Source: Gnetum montanum
Lineage: Eukaryota > Plantae > Gnetophyta
Direction of reading: 5' to 3'
Length of the DNA stretch: 64,000 bases
Assembly (NCBI GenBank): GCA_015680685.1
Contig: MNCI01000001.1
Coordinates: 73,911 to 137,910 of the forward strand
A program made the position numbers and the translations under genes. Below are positions 50,834 to 63,100 of this stretch, piece after piece. Positions within the stretch are counted from its first letter, which is position 1; each line of letters starts with the position of its first letter. Under the pieces are notes generated by a model. It saw only the letters and a program-made list of their open reading frames with translations, was not told where the DNA came from and did not search any database.

Positions 50834-53656
50834 ACCCACCAATTCTAGGAGCTTATTAAGTGGGTAGCAAAAGAAGAAGGAGAAATAGCCAAATGGGAGA
50901 ATGTTGAAAGATCTTAGTAGGACCAAAATCTTAAAGTAATGAAGGTTCATAATCATGAAGGGGAGAAAGTAGCTCATCTCAAGGAGGTGGAACCATCCCC
51001 ACCTTTTCCAATACTAAAACCACTAGATGAAATTTAGGCAAAGATCAATAAAATGATGGAGTGGATGCATGAAAAATGTGGAGAATATGCAAACATTATT
51101 AGATGTAAAACCATCAACTAGAATAAATAGAGGATGCCAAATCAAGAAATAGGACAAAACACCATTCGACAATCAAAAAGAAGGACCAAAGGAAATAAGT
51201 ATAGGGGCCCAAGTACCAATCAAAAGTATCAATGTGATGTTTACATGTGTGATCACCCCAAAGGCCAATGCCCAATCTTGTCACATCTACATGAACATTG
51301 GGGAAGAATCCTACATCCAAATTTCATACAGAAGTACTGTGCTCAACCGTAGTGGCAAAAGCCCCAGTTGTGAGGGAGATCATCATCAAACTAGCCTCAA
51401 CCTTTGTATGCCCCAACACCAAGTGCTTATTATGTTCAACATCCTATTTCTACAACTAGATCAACATCCTCTGCTTCACCTCATCATTATCATTCTTTTG
51501 AATATCATCAACCCATGTCCTCTCCTATGGGGTCACGACCTCATGTTCTTTACACTCCTCCTTACTCTCAATATTTTTCTCCTTCACCTCCTTCTACATC
51601 ACCACCAATTGTACTAGAAGGTTTTGCACCACAACACCAACCAATGAACATTACTTGTGGTACTACTGTCAATTGTTGTGGGAGTCCTTCATAATGTCAG
51701 AAGCATCCTTTCTTTAGGAATGGCCATAGAAAGAGACAACACCATTCTGAAACCACTACATCCTTCAACTTAGCACAAACCCAACATTATGATGCACCTT
51801 CCTCTTCAAAATCAACGCCTATTATTACCTTATACAGGCCACCAATTAATACTCAAACAACCATGTGACCTAATGAGTCTAATAATGTGAGGAGACATAT
51901 CAATCCTTGCATACTATCTTATGGTCACGGGTGCCATAGTGGGTTAGCTTCTTATCACATGACCACATCTTATAATTTACCCCACTATGCCTACTTTAAT
52001 CAAGTGTGTGAAACCCAAATTGGGAACATTCCTAACACACTCCAAAAGGGACCTAGTGTTTTGGATATGAACAGACCCCAATATTTCCAACATGCATGGA
52101 TCCAAACTTTCCATTTATTAATTCTTACCATGATCAAAGGTTTAGTCATGGCGATACCCCCCATTCTAACAAGAAGAATTAGTAAATTTTTTTCCTTTTC
52201 TTTGGTTTTACAATTTTTTTTGTTTTCCAATTTTTCATTTTCTAATTTTTAATTTTTCAATTTGTCATTTTATCTTTTTGAGGGTGATCTCATCTATGAA
52301 TAAAATACTCATGTGACCTATCGGTTGAGGTGTTGTTCTATGTTATCGAGTTACAAGGGACTAATTATTTAGACAATGAGTCCATGACATCCACCCACCC
52401 ATTCTATTAATAAGTAGTTCTACTTTGGGTATGATGATATTCTTGTTATCATTAAAAGTTAAAGTAACTTTGTACTCATTATGCCCATAGTGAAGAGTGA
52501 TGAACTAAGAGGGAATGGCTAGGGTGTGACATCAAGGGGACTTGTGGATTGTCTTTGGTGACATCTGTATGTGCTATCATTGAGCTTGGTTATACTAAGA
52601 CCCCTGTAGATCTAATAAAAAATGGGAGTAAGAGTTGTGATAAAGAAACTTAATAAAGGAACTCAATGCTATTCTAGATGGTTCCACTAGAAAGACATGC
52701 ATCCATGCTTGAAGGTTTGTGGTCTCTCTAGATTTCCATTGAGAAAGATAAAGTGCAAAAGCAACCAGAAGAAGAAAAAGAAAAGAAAGAAGAAAAATAG
52801 CAAAGAAAAAATCAAGAAACATGTGCTGCAGAAAAATTCAAATGACTCCTCCCTTATGAAAAATGCCAAGTGATCGTACACCTTGCTATCATGATGCTCT
52901 TATGGTTGTCTATCATTAGGATGAAACAATGCAATGTCACTGATAGAAGGTATGAACTTGGTTTTGGTCTTGGAGCAAAAGGCTAATGGTACCTTAATCA
53001 TGCATAACACTTTGAATTCATTGTGCCTACGGAAAGTTACCTCACATCTCAATCTCTACAATCCCTTCCACAATTCTCATCTCACGGTCTAGGTATTTCT
53101 AATATGTGTCTTGTGTGGCATAGAATTCATACCTCATTATGGTGGTATTTAACATGTGTGTGTTTTGTTGCACAAGTTCATATTGCATTTAACCCTTCTA
53201 GTGCCTATGAACATTTTAAGGCATGGTTATGCAAGGGCATGATAGGTTGCAACCTACTTTGGGGAGGATCGACTTGCGTGACTTTTGTAATTTGTACTTG
53301 TTGCACATCACCACATCATCTTATACCCTCCAAGTACTACATTGCAAAATCTATTCTTCTCTTTATCATTATTTCAACCAAACATTCCTTTGTAGCACTA
53401 CATGTCATTTTTCCTCACCCTATTCAAAGAACTTCATTGTATAATTCCACTTCATTACACTTTTGGTGCCTTAATGTCCACTTGACATTACCACAAACCT
53501 TTCAAATCTACATCAAATCGTTCATTTTTGGTCATGAAAACTCAAAAATTCATCAATTTTACTAAGTACCCTATTTTGGAGGGGATGTGATATTAGGTAC
53601 CTGGTATCAAGTCTAATGTGATATTGGGTACGCGCTATCATGTTTGTGATATCGTG

Positions 53657-55240
53657 TGAAACACCGTGAAAATTGCGAGTCGGCCTCAGGCAAAGATTCA
53701 CGATCCAGGCAAGAATACATGACCGAATTCCAGAAGGGAGAACAAGGCAGAGTAACGCAAGGAGACGCGCAGCCTCAAGTCTTCGATTTCCTTTGCAGAT
53801 TTCCAATATCACTATGATTTATCTTTGTACGATATATCACGCGACGTAGCGTAATGACGCTTAGCGTGATTTTGTTCAACATAGTCTAATATCAGAAGGC
53901 AACTTACTTCGGGATCTAGAGAGGCTTAAGTAGCGTAATATGTGACTTATCGTATATTTTGCTAAGTCTTTTGTCCAAGGCCGAGTTTACGCTTTGTTAT
54001 GCACGACAGCGTAATGAGCCTCGAAAAAGTCAAAGGCAAAGTCCAAGGAAGCGCAATAGATCAACTCTGTTCTCTTGGCTTGCGGATAGCTCACTTTACG
54101 CTCGTTACGCAACCTAGCGTATCTCAGCGTAATGCATCGCCAAGCTAATCATCGTTTATGCTTCACTACGCTTGGCCGCGTAAGCGAGCATAAAATAGCT
54201 TGAATCCATTGTTTTCATGCCTTGTTACACTCTTGCACGCAACGCAACGTGAATGAGCATAATGTAGCCCAAAGTTAGCTGAGACATGCCCGACGCACAT
54301 CTGTTATTCACATGCACAATACGCAAATGAGCGTATTGTGCATGATCATAAAGTTCAACACAAAGATGGTTAGGTCAATGGCATTTCAGAAAGTTTGAAA
54401 CACGTGTCATCACTGCCAGACCTTCTCCACACGTCGTCAAACCTATAAATACTTTAGTTAGCGAAAACATACGGGGACAGACAAAAAGAGAACACAGAGA
54501 CAAAAGAAAGAAGCAGAGAGAGCAGGACTTTGGCAATTTTTTTTAACAGCATCACCTTCTAATAGAGACAGAGCATATTTCGCTTGAGCATTGGCAGCAG
54601 GAGTGATTACCCCTTTGGCGAAGACACAACTTTCTCCATTGGTGATCGTCGGCAGTTTCGAGCAGAGACTACCTAAGGCAAAAGGAGTAGATCAGAGATC
54701 AAGAGATCATCTGGTGTGGTTTGTGAGTTTTTGTTGGTCAGAAGCAGTTGATCAATAGCCGTCAGAACTTGACCTTCCTTGCATCCCATCTCTGGCCTAC
54801 GAGGTAGATCAGACTCCATTCTGTATTTCTGCTTAGACAGTTTTCCTTGTTATTTTGTGTCTGCTTCACACAAGGCAATCGGGGTCTCCCCAGTGTAACG
54901 TGATATACCAAATATTAATTTTTTGGGTCAAAGCCATAGATCTTGAAATCACGTGTTTCTCTCACATCTGATTCTCTTTACCGTGTTAGCGTTATCGTCG
55001 TTATAATTCATTTGCATCGTTTTTCTTTCATTTTGCGACCTGTCGAATCAAATTGTTCCACGCAACATCCATAATCTCCATCGGTTTACTGATTAGTAAG
55101 TCCCTGTTTGATCGACAAGACCATTCAGGGCGCCATGGATTCGTTTTTCCCACATAGCCCTCGCACGGATCCGTGGTCAAAACTGTGTGCACAGAGTTTT
55201 GTTTGGTATTTTCTAGCTGCCGACATTTTCCGTTGTTACA
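53657..55240 (+). repeat. 5' LTR of the young Tat-like element
   Basis: Imperfect terminal inverted repeats TGAAACACCGTGAAAAT ... ATTTTCCGTTGTTACA. TATA box CCTATAAATA at ~54442. Confidence 0.85.
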
Positions 55241-55246
55241 GTTTTC

Positions 55247-55263
55247 TGGCGCTAGAAGGAGGG
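55247..55263 (+). promoter_or_regulatory. tRNA-Asn primer binding site
   Basis: TGGCGCTAGAAGGAGGG is complementary to the plant tRNA-Asn 3' end CCCTCCTTCTAGCG-CCA. Confidence 0.9.
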
Positions 55264-55482
55264 CCTAGGCTCCGATCCATATTTTTAGGGTAGCCCTATT
55301 AGCGATTTATACCCAAAACCGTAAATGTAATACCTCTAGGGAAGTTTACGGTAAATCGTGTGGTGTAGATCGGTCACAAGAACGATTCCCTTGGAATCCT
55401 ATAGGCCAAAAAGCCTATTTACGATCTTTTTGTCAGCCACTTATTAGATCCCATCATTTGTCACAGCTAATCCACTCGATCA

Positions 55483-58400
55483 ATGGATTCCTTATACACA
55501 ACCACAACCGCCATGGTCGCCACTGATGTGGGTACCGCATCTGTGAACCCTATCACTGTCACCAGGCCAACTGCTGGTGCAGTAGGACAGCAGGGACCAT
55601 CACGTAGGTCATTGAGACTACAGGGCAAAGACCCTGTTTTCATGGTCGTGACCCCTGAAGAATACAACTTCATCTATGTTAAGATCCAGGCAAAGCTTGC
55701 CCTTAGTTGAGCCGAGATCGAAGCAAAAAGAAACTTTGAGATGATTCATCGAGGAGGTCACGATTTCACCCCGACAGCTTATGACATCATTCCTTTGACC
55801 GAACATCAACATGAAATTATAACACAGTTGGTCATGGCCAAGGGCCAGGCTTCACGGGCTACCCTGGAGCCCCAGAATGGGGAGGAGGAAGAGGATGAAT
55901 TTGCAGCCCAGTCTGAACATTCGTTCCATACTCTGAGCCCCCACACGTACATAAATCCCCTATTTCCCTTCAACGGAGAGGCCGCTCCTCTTGACCCAGC
56001 CATGCCCACATAGACGCACTTCCCTATCATTCCACAAGCCACTGCGTAGCCATCCGGGCTGCAAATGCAAATACCTCACAACAACATGGGGGCGGTTTCA
56101 TTGCCACGTGTGCTCAGCATTCCGGCAGTGGTTCCAGCGACCAACGCGTCCCATTTCATCCCGTAGATCCAACCCCAAACCATGTCCACAAATCGTCTGA
56201 TGCAGACCTTATCGCTACCACCCCCTCCAACCCAACAGATCACCGCCGTCGTGCAGCCATAGATACTTATCCAATAGCCTACCGCGAGTCAGTGGACCTA
56301 CCCTGCGGCATAACATAACCAGTCTGCAGTGTACGGTGTGCAACCCTCAATGGCACCCGCAACGCAAATTTCGTAGGTGATCTTGCAATATACCTATCCT
56401 TACCCTGCGCAGCCGACGGCAGCCAATCTCTCTTCCCAAACCGGTGGATGGTGGTCTTCACAGGCACCCCTGCCTGCAGGGATCCCCGCCCCACCATCTA
56501 CTGGCCAAACCATCCCATCATTTCTACCACCTGGCCCTGCTCTCCCAGGTTGCTCCTCCTACACAGACACCTCCAGCAACAGGTCTGGACCAAGCCTTTC
56601 TACTTATTCAAACCCTCACCGAGGAGGTTAGGCGTCTTAAGGCTGCTGGCTCAAACACTATACAGATCATGGACTTTTACCAAGATGATCCCATTAGTCC
56701 AGCGGTCCCCATGTTAACATTGCCACCTGGGATGTCCTTACCACATTTCACCAAGTATAATGGGGAGGGGGATCCCAATGCTCACTTGGTCACATTTAGA
56801 TCCAAATCCTTATTGTTGCAACAGTAACCTCAAATGATTATCCGCGTCTTTGCTATGTCTTTGATAGGGAAAGCTCTAGATTGGTATCGAGCCCTCCCAC
56901 GCTCTTCCATCTCAACCTTGGAAGAGCTTCTGACACAATTCGTGACTCGCTTTAAATACAACTTAAAGCCGGAAGTCACGTTAGATCAACTCATGGGAGT
57001 AAAACAGGATCCTCTCGAACTATTCCAGAAGTTCATACAACGCTGGAATGCTACTTTGAATGAAATCCGTGAGCCAATCACGGACTCACATTTTCTGGCC
57101 ATCTTCAAAGGAGTAGTCAATGACTTTATCAAGTTAAAGCTGTATTATCTTTCCCCCAACTCTTTACATCAAGCCTTTGCTCAAATTAGAAGCATCCAAG
57201 ATGCTGCGGAGGCCAGCAAAGACCCGGCGTATGTCGCCTACAAAAATGCACACAACAAGGCTAAGGATAAAGGCAAGGTAACGACAACGACAGTGGCTAT
57301 GTTGGCTAAAGGCGCCAAGAACAAGAACAAGAAGGCACCCACCACGCCTCCTAAGACCACGGCTAGTGCAGGTAGCACCAGCCAGGACACAGCTGCCCCT
57401 GAAGGCTCCCCCTAGCCAAAACCAAACTTTGAGCATAAAGATCGCTCAAAGTATACAGCCCTGCCTGTAAAACATTCAGAACTGTTGAAACAATTATTAG
57501 GGGCCGGATATATGCAACCCAAAAGGATATCCGAAGAAGCTCTAAAGCGTCACAGACATCATTGTGAATTGCTGAAGAATCCTTCTTTAGCCCTACCTAA
57601 CAAGCCACCAGTTCCGAGATCTTTCAGGCTGGACCATTTTTGTGACTACCACTAGCTGTGTGGTCACAACACAGATTACTGCTGGGAATTGAAGGACGAT
57701 ATTCAATGCATGATCGACGATGGTCATTTAAAATTAGATGGCAGTAATCCAACGCGTCCAGAAAACCAAGCGTTGCACGTGTATAAGGATCTGCTGAACG
57801 CAAACAACGCACCTTACACGATCAGCGTAGTGAGTATGGACGGTGAGAGGAAAGTACTACCCAAACAACCATTTGTTTTACATGTACCTACCAACTCACC
57901 AAGGGGGGCAAGCCTTTCATCGGCAGCCAATGGTGTCTCGAGGCCACCTTTCATTATACGGGCACCTTCGTAGAATACCACTCAGCCACACAGTAACAGA
58001 CAAGCCACGGCTTTGTCCATGTCCATGCCTAGGGCACCCTTCATCATTAGGATGCTAAAGCCACTGGCTGCTTCACTCACGCAAGGGCAGGCCTCTAACC
58101 AAAATCGTCAACCATCACCTGACAAGCGAAAGGGAGAGGACACCTCTGTTAACGCAACGAAAGATCATTTTACGCTTGGCTTCCCTAAGCCTAGGCCCCT
58201 GGCCTCTGTGCCTTCGCCTGCACCTCAGAAACAGAATAAAGGTGCGGAAATGCAACCGCCTCCTCTTGGTAAGAAAAAGAACAACCCCCTGACCGACACC
58301 GTTCCACCTTGGAAGATTAGTCTCTTGGGTTGAATGGAAGCGGACAAGGAAGATAAACAACCTAGCCGAGAGAAGGACCTCCTTGACGCATTTACGCAGG

Positions 58401-59266
58401 TCAAACAGGCTCTCAAATAAAAAAATACAACACTGAGCCTCTATGACCTTCTTATGACGTCCCGGGAACACCGTGAGGCTATGGTCTGCATGCTTACATC
58501 CATATCTATGGATGAAAGCTTGCCAGCGGAGGAGGAAACGATACATGCTGTCATGTTTCCTTCCTAAGCTGAGCAATCTAGGCCTACCTCGTTGACCTTT
58601 CATGATGAGTCCATCAAGGATGATCCTGAGAAAGGCCAGGTGACAACTGAACCCATGTTTATCACTATTCGGGTTGGTCAGTATCGAATCCGGAGAGTAC
58701 ATGTGGACGACGGCGTAGCTACAAATGTCATTCCTTATCCCATCGTGGATAGGTTAGGTCTGGTCGACCAAATCACCCCCACGACGACAGCTTGCGTAAA
58801 ATCGTTCAATGGGGCAAGGGTTTAGGTCAAAGGGATGGTCCGTATCAAGTTTATGGTAGGGAATCAATTCCCAACGGATGCCACATTCTTAGTCATCGAG
58901 GAGATGCCTGGCTTCAACTTGATCCTAGGGAGGTCCTGGTTAGCCCAACTGAGGGCAGTTTCATCACCGATACACCAAGAGATACACCTACCCTACGCTA
59001 GAGGGGAGGTTGTAATACGCAGTGATGAAATCACCCCCAGGACTGTCAACAACATTGAAGAAGAATGGGGTTCAGAGATAGAAACATCGGATGATCAAAC
59101 CTATCCCCAAATCCCTCAGCAAATCGACACCAATGATGACAGTCTAGCCTGGGCCAACCTACCATTTTAGGATGGCGGCGTAGAGGAGTCAGATCGTAGA
59201 TCCCCCCACCCTTACACAACACTCAACGTGAAGGCCATTAAGAGACAACTGAGGATTGATGGTTGA
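55483..59266 (+). pseudogene. gag: gag-protease polyprotein with several premature stops and one apparent frameshift near 56540
   Basis: FTKYNGEGDPNAHL, FAMSLIGKALDWYRALP..SI, FCDYH*LCGHNTDYCWELK, RRVHVDDGVATNVI, FNLILGRSWL. ORF fragments from 56444 to 59170 share one frame. Confidence 0.92.
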
Positions 59267-59484
59267 AGAATGACATTTACGCACATTATCATATTTTTAT
59301 CAGCTATCGCCGTTCGCATTCAGCAGTCTGTTTTTCATTCAATACATATTTACGCTATAAAAGTTTTCAATTTTTACGCTTGCCATCTCTTTACGCTATT
59401 GCATTTCTTTTACGTACGCTATTCATGTTGCTTAATCACTTTAGCCTAATTATGCAGAATTGTATACTGTCATCATTTACGCTT

Positions 59485-60116
59485 NNNNNNNNNNNNNNNN
59501 NNNNNNNNNNNNNNNNNNNNNNNNNNNNNNNNNNNNNNNNNNNNNNNNNNNNNNNNNNNNNNNNNNNNNNNNNNNNNNNNNNNNNNNNNNNNNNNNNNNN
59601 NNNNNNNNNNNNNNNNNNNNNNNNNNNNNNNNNNNNNNNNNNNNNNNNNNNNNNNNNNNNNNNNNNNNNNNNNNNNNNNNNNNNNNNNNNNNNNNNNNNN
59701 NNNNNNNNNNNNNNNNNNNNNNNNNNNNNNNNNNNNNNNNNNNNNNNNNNNNNNNNNNNNNNNNNNNNNNNNNNNNNNNNNNNNNNNNNNNNNNNNNNNN
59801 NNNNNNNNNNNNNNNNNNNNNNNNNNNNNNNNNNNNNNNNNNNNNNNNNNNNNNNNNNNNNNNNNNNNNNNNNNNNNNNNNNNNNNNNNNNNNNNNNNNN
59901 NNNNNNNNNNNNNNNNNNNNNNNNNNNNNNNNNNNNNNNNNNNNNNNNNNNNNNNNNNNNNNNNNNNNNNNNNNNNNNNNNNNNNNNNNNNNNNNNNNNN
60001 NNNNNNNNNNNNNNNNNNNNNNNNNNNNNNNNNNNNNNNNNNNNNNNNNNNNNNNNNNNNNNNNNNNNNNNNNNNNNNNNNNNNNNNNNNNNNNNNNNNN
60101 NNNNNNNNNNNNNNNN
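59485..60116. other. Assembly gap (632 N)
   Basis: Run of N. Confidence 1.
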
Positions 60117-63100
60117 CTAGTGGACCTTCTCTTCTGGGAAGTATCCCTTCATGAAGAGTTTCCTCTTCATGAGGTCCTTGCTCTGGCACCGGCTCCACAG
60201 GGGGACGTTCTTCATCACTACGCTCCTCTTCCTATGCTTGCTCCTCAGCTTGCTCATCTTCTCTATCCCCTTCGGGCACCTAGATATAGAAAACATATTA
60301 GCAAGACAAAACTTAACAACACAATAAGAAAATTTAGACTTAGCCATAATTAAACTTACTCGCGATGGCCTTGCTTCCGTAGCAAAAGGAAGATTTTCTA
60401 GGCCGGCCCACAAGCACTTCATAATTTCCTCCTCAGTTAGGTCTGACCACACATCATCTCCTAAGGTAGCTCCAGCCTTCACCTTCCCTTTCTCCATGCT
60501 AGTTCAGCGAGGCGGGTCAGGGAGGAATGCAGGGATTGTAGTCTGGTCCTCAGGGAGAGTCATCTCCCTTTTTGGGGACACACTTACAGTCACCTGCTCT
60601 TCGAACTTCTTGAAGGCTTCGGATGCTCCAATGACGTCAAGGAAGACTTGCAAGGATTGAGCTTTAGAATCATGATAAAGTTTACGATAAGTGATGCTTT
60701 CTCGCTTATACAAATGTTTGTGGTCCTTTTCCTTCTGCCCCCACTCTTGCACACTTGCACAATAATCCCTCCAATCCTGGCTTTTCTAAGCTAGGAGCTC
60801 TATTTGCATCCGCTGCTCTACGAACGCCCGACTAGTTTGCATACTATTTTTGATGGCGGTCCAATAACGGGAGTAGTAAATAATAGCAGTACGCCAGTCC
60901 TCATCGCCCGTCTCCTGTGCCTGTAGGAATTCGCATCGCGACTTCAGGTCTCCGACCTCTTTGGTCAGAGACTCAATCATCTGATCTAATCTCTGCAGCC
61001 TTTTCTAGAGGTTTTCATTCACGCTTTTACTCTCCCATAAGGAGCGAGTCGAGCGTAATGCACATTTATGTATTTCCTCATAAATGTGGCGTGGCACGAC
61101 CGCCCCATCCGATGGAGGCTCCACTGTGTCCAAATCAATGGGCTCCGTTGGGTCCCATCGAAGGTGAGCTCCTAACAGCAAATATTATCATTGTATATGA
61201 CACATTACTACTGTATAACAAAATAAACCTTCTATAGCTACAACGTACTAGCTTCAGGATCGACGCGCTCAAGGCGCTCGATCATATCACTGACAACACC
61301 TTCCATGAAGGTGAACTTGTCAGGGAAGTCTCTCCACGCTCTGCTCACAGCTGCGGACGCAGACGTATCCCCTTCTCCTGTAGCGTAGTTGAGTTAGAAA
61401 CTCTAAGTGTTAATAGAATTCTACAAAATTTCCAATATGCTCATTACCTCTACCAGTGACAGTGGCAACTTCGTCAACATCTTCCGCCGCCTTCTCTTCT
61501 TCATGCACATGAGTCTGTACGTCGCTGGTTCCAACAGCTGGGGCCTCCTCACCCACAAGGGTCTATGCGCGGATCCCTCTAACAGCTGGGGCCTCTTTTT
61601 CTAAAACTGGGGCCCCTTCCCCACGACTGAGTATCACTGTCCCTATTTTAGGGGTCAGCTGCTCCGTAATTTTCACTGGTCATATCACAATACTCTTAAT
61701 ATATCATTCCAAATATTCTAAGTAAACATTGCATAATACATCTTTCAATACATTTCTTCACACTTACCAGGCAGAGGTTTACTCCGTTGAACTGTGACCT
61801 CCACAGCTCGGCCTGCGTCACTCCCAGGCTCTGCAGAGGCCTCACTTATACGAAGCCTTTTACGCTGAGCTGCAGGTTCTACAATTTCTGCCGCCAGGCA
61901 TTTCCCTCGTGAGGCATCGCCAGTGTAAGTAGGCATTATCCCGCCTACACTGTTGAGGCCTCGCACTTGAGGCACCGCCAAACCCTTGGTCATTATCAAC
62001 AGAGACTCCCCAATCCCTTCCGGAGGATCCTGCTCACGGGTAGTGCTGAGGATATGTGTAATCCAAGGTTTGGATAGCTGGTCTCGGTCTTGTTGGACCC
62101 AGACCCCATTCCTTTGGATGACCAAAAACTCAGCAAGACGCTGAAGGCAAGCTATGTAGAAGGCGTAATGCACATTGAAACGAGACTCGAGCTTCTTGCG
62201 AAGCCTGATCATCTCAGTGCGTAGTCCTGCAGCAAAATAGCTTGGCCAATTGAACTGGGTCCCTTATTCCAGAACCTCCCGCATAATATGGGTCTGCTCT
62301 ATGGAAAAGAACTTCCCTTGCGAGAGTGTTTTGGGAAAAGTCCGGGCCCGGAAAAGGGGATAAACTATCTTGGTGACTCCTAGTTTGATTCTTTCACAAG
62401 GAAACCCTTTAGGCTCCTTCTTGATCCCTACCCACTCCTCTAGCCACTTCTAGTAGTCAAGACTCCTCTTCACCTTCTCGTCTATGGGAATGTCGTCAGA
62501 GGGGACGCTGAAGAGGTCTACAAAGAGTTGAGCATCAATGTCAAAACTTACACGTACCTTATGCACGCGTGTGCAAAAGCGCTCAGCCTTTTCACTAAAG
62601 GAGTTGACAAGGGTTAGCATTTCGCTGATAGGGACATCAGGGGTCGCGGCTAAAAATAAATGCATTAGCCTCACTTCTTGTATCTTGGAGACTACCGCAA
62701 CTGGGGTCGCCACATGGCCGAGCCAGCATTGTGCATCCTTGATGTCGCCATAGCGGAAGAGAACGGTATTCACCTCGCGGTCGAAAATTGTAAGGGTAAT
62801 ATCCTGGGATTCCCTGACTGAACAACGCAAGACACAGGTCAAATGAAAACATTATTATGCAATGTTCACAATTTACAACTACACCACGCAACAATAAAAT
62901 ACATAGCAGTTTTACCAGATCCAAATGGCAAAAGAAATGGAGGAAGGTTCCTCTGCACGTCCTCAACAGTAAGGGGTGGATCCAAGGTCCAGTCATCATG
63001 TAGCCACCCGAGATTCTGGAAATTCTCGAAAGTGTCAGCATAGCGGGTGGGGTACTCATGAATGTCGAAGCCGATCTACCCCATCACACCAGCGCGCACG

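Larger units (their letters stand above)
48815..53656 (+). mobile_element. Second Athila-like copy (5' portion), interrupted by the young Tat-like element
   Basis: LTR 48815-49681 and PBS TGGCACCGTTGCCAGGGA at 49683-49700. The internal region is collinear with ~10413-14330. Confidence 0.9.

Noticed and set aside
53023-53565. 180-aa ORF and the many 60-120 aa hydrophobic ORFs in the track (e.g. 5315, 25065, 38439, 44509, 58115)
   Set aside because: No recognisable motifs. They are antisense or off-frame shadows of retroelement sequence, or chance ORFs in biased DNA.
59267-59484. Possible Ogre-type intron between protease and RT
   Set aside because: The gap-free old copy has no RT after the equivalent T-rich stretch, so a 3' UTR fits better. 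It cannot be fully excluded until the gap is closed.
59263-60353. Long ORFs 59263-60120, 59460-60353 and 59473-60198
   Set aside because: Their length comes from translating the N gap.
61227-61228. Alternative donor AAG|GTTTAT for intron 6
   Set aside because: It gives the wrong phase and includes two stops. The donor at 61248 restores the frame and matches the old copy's phase.
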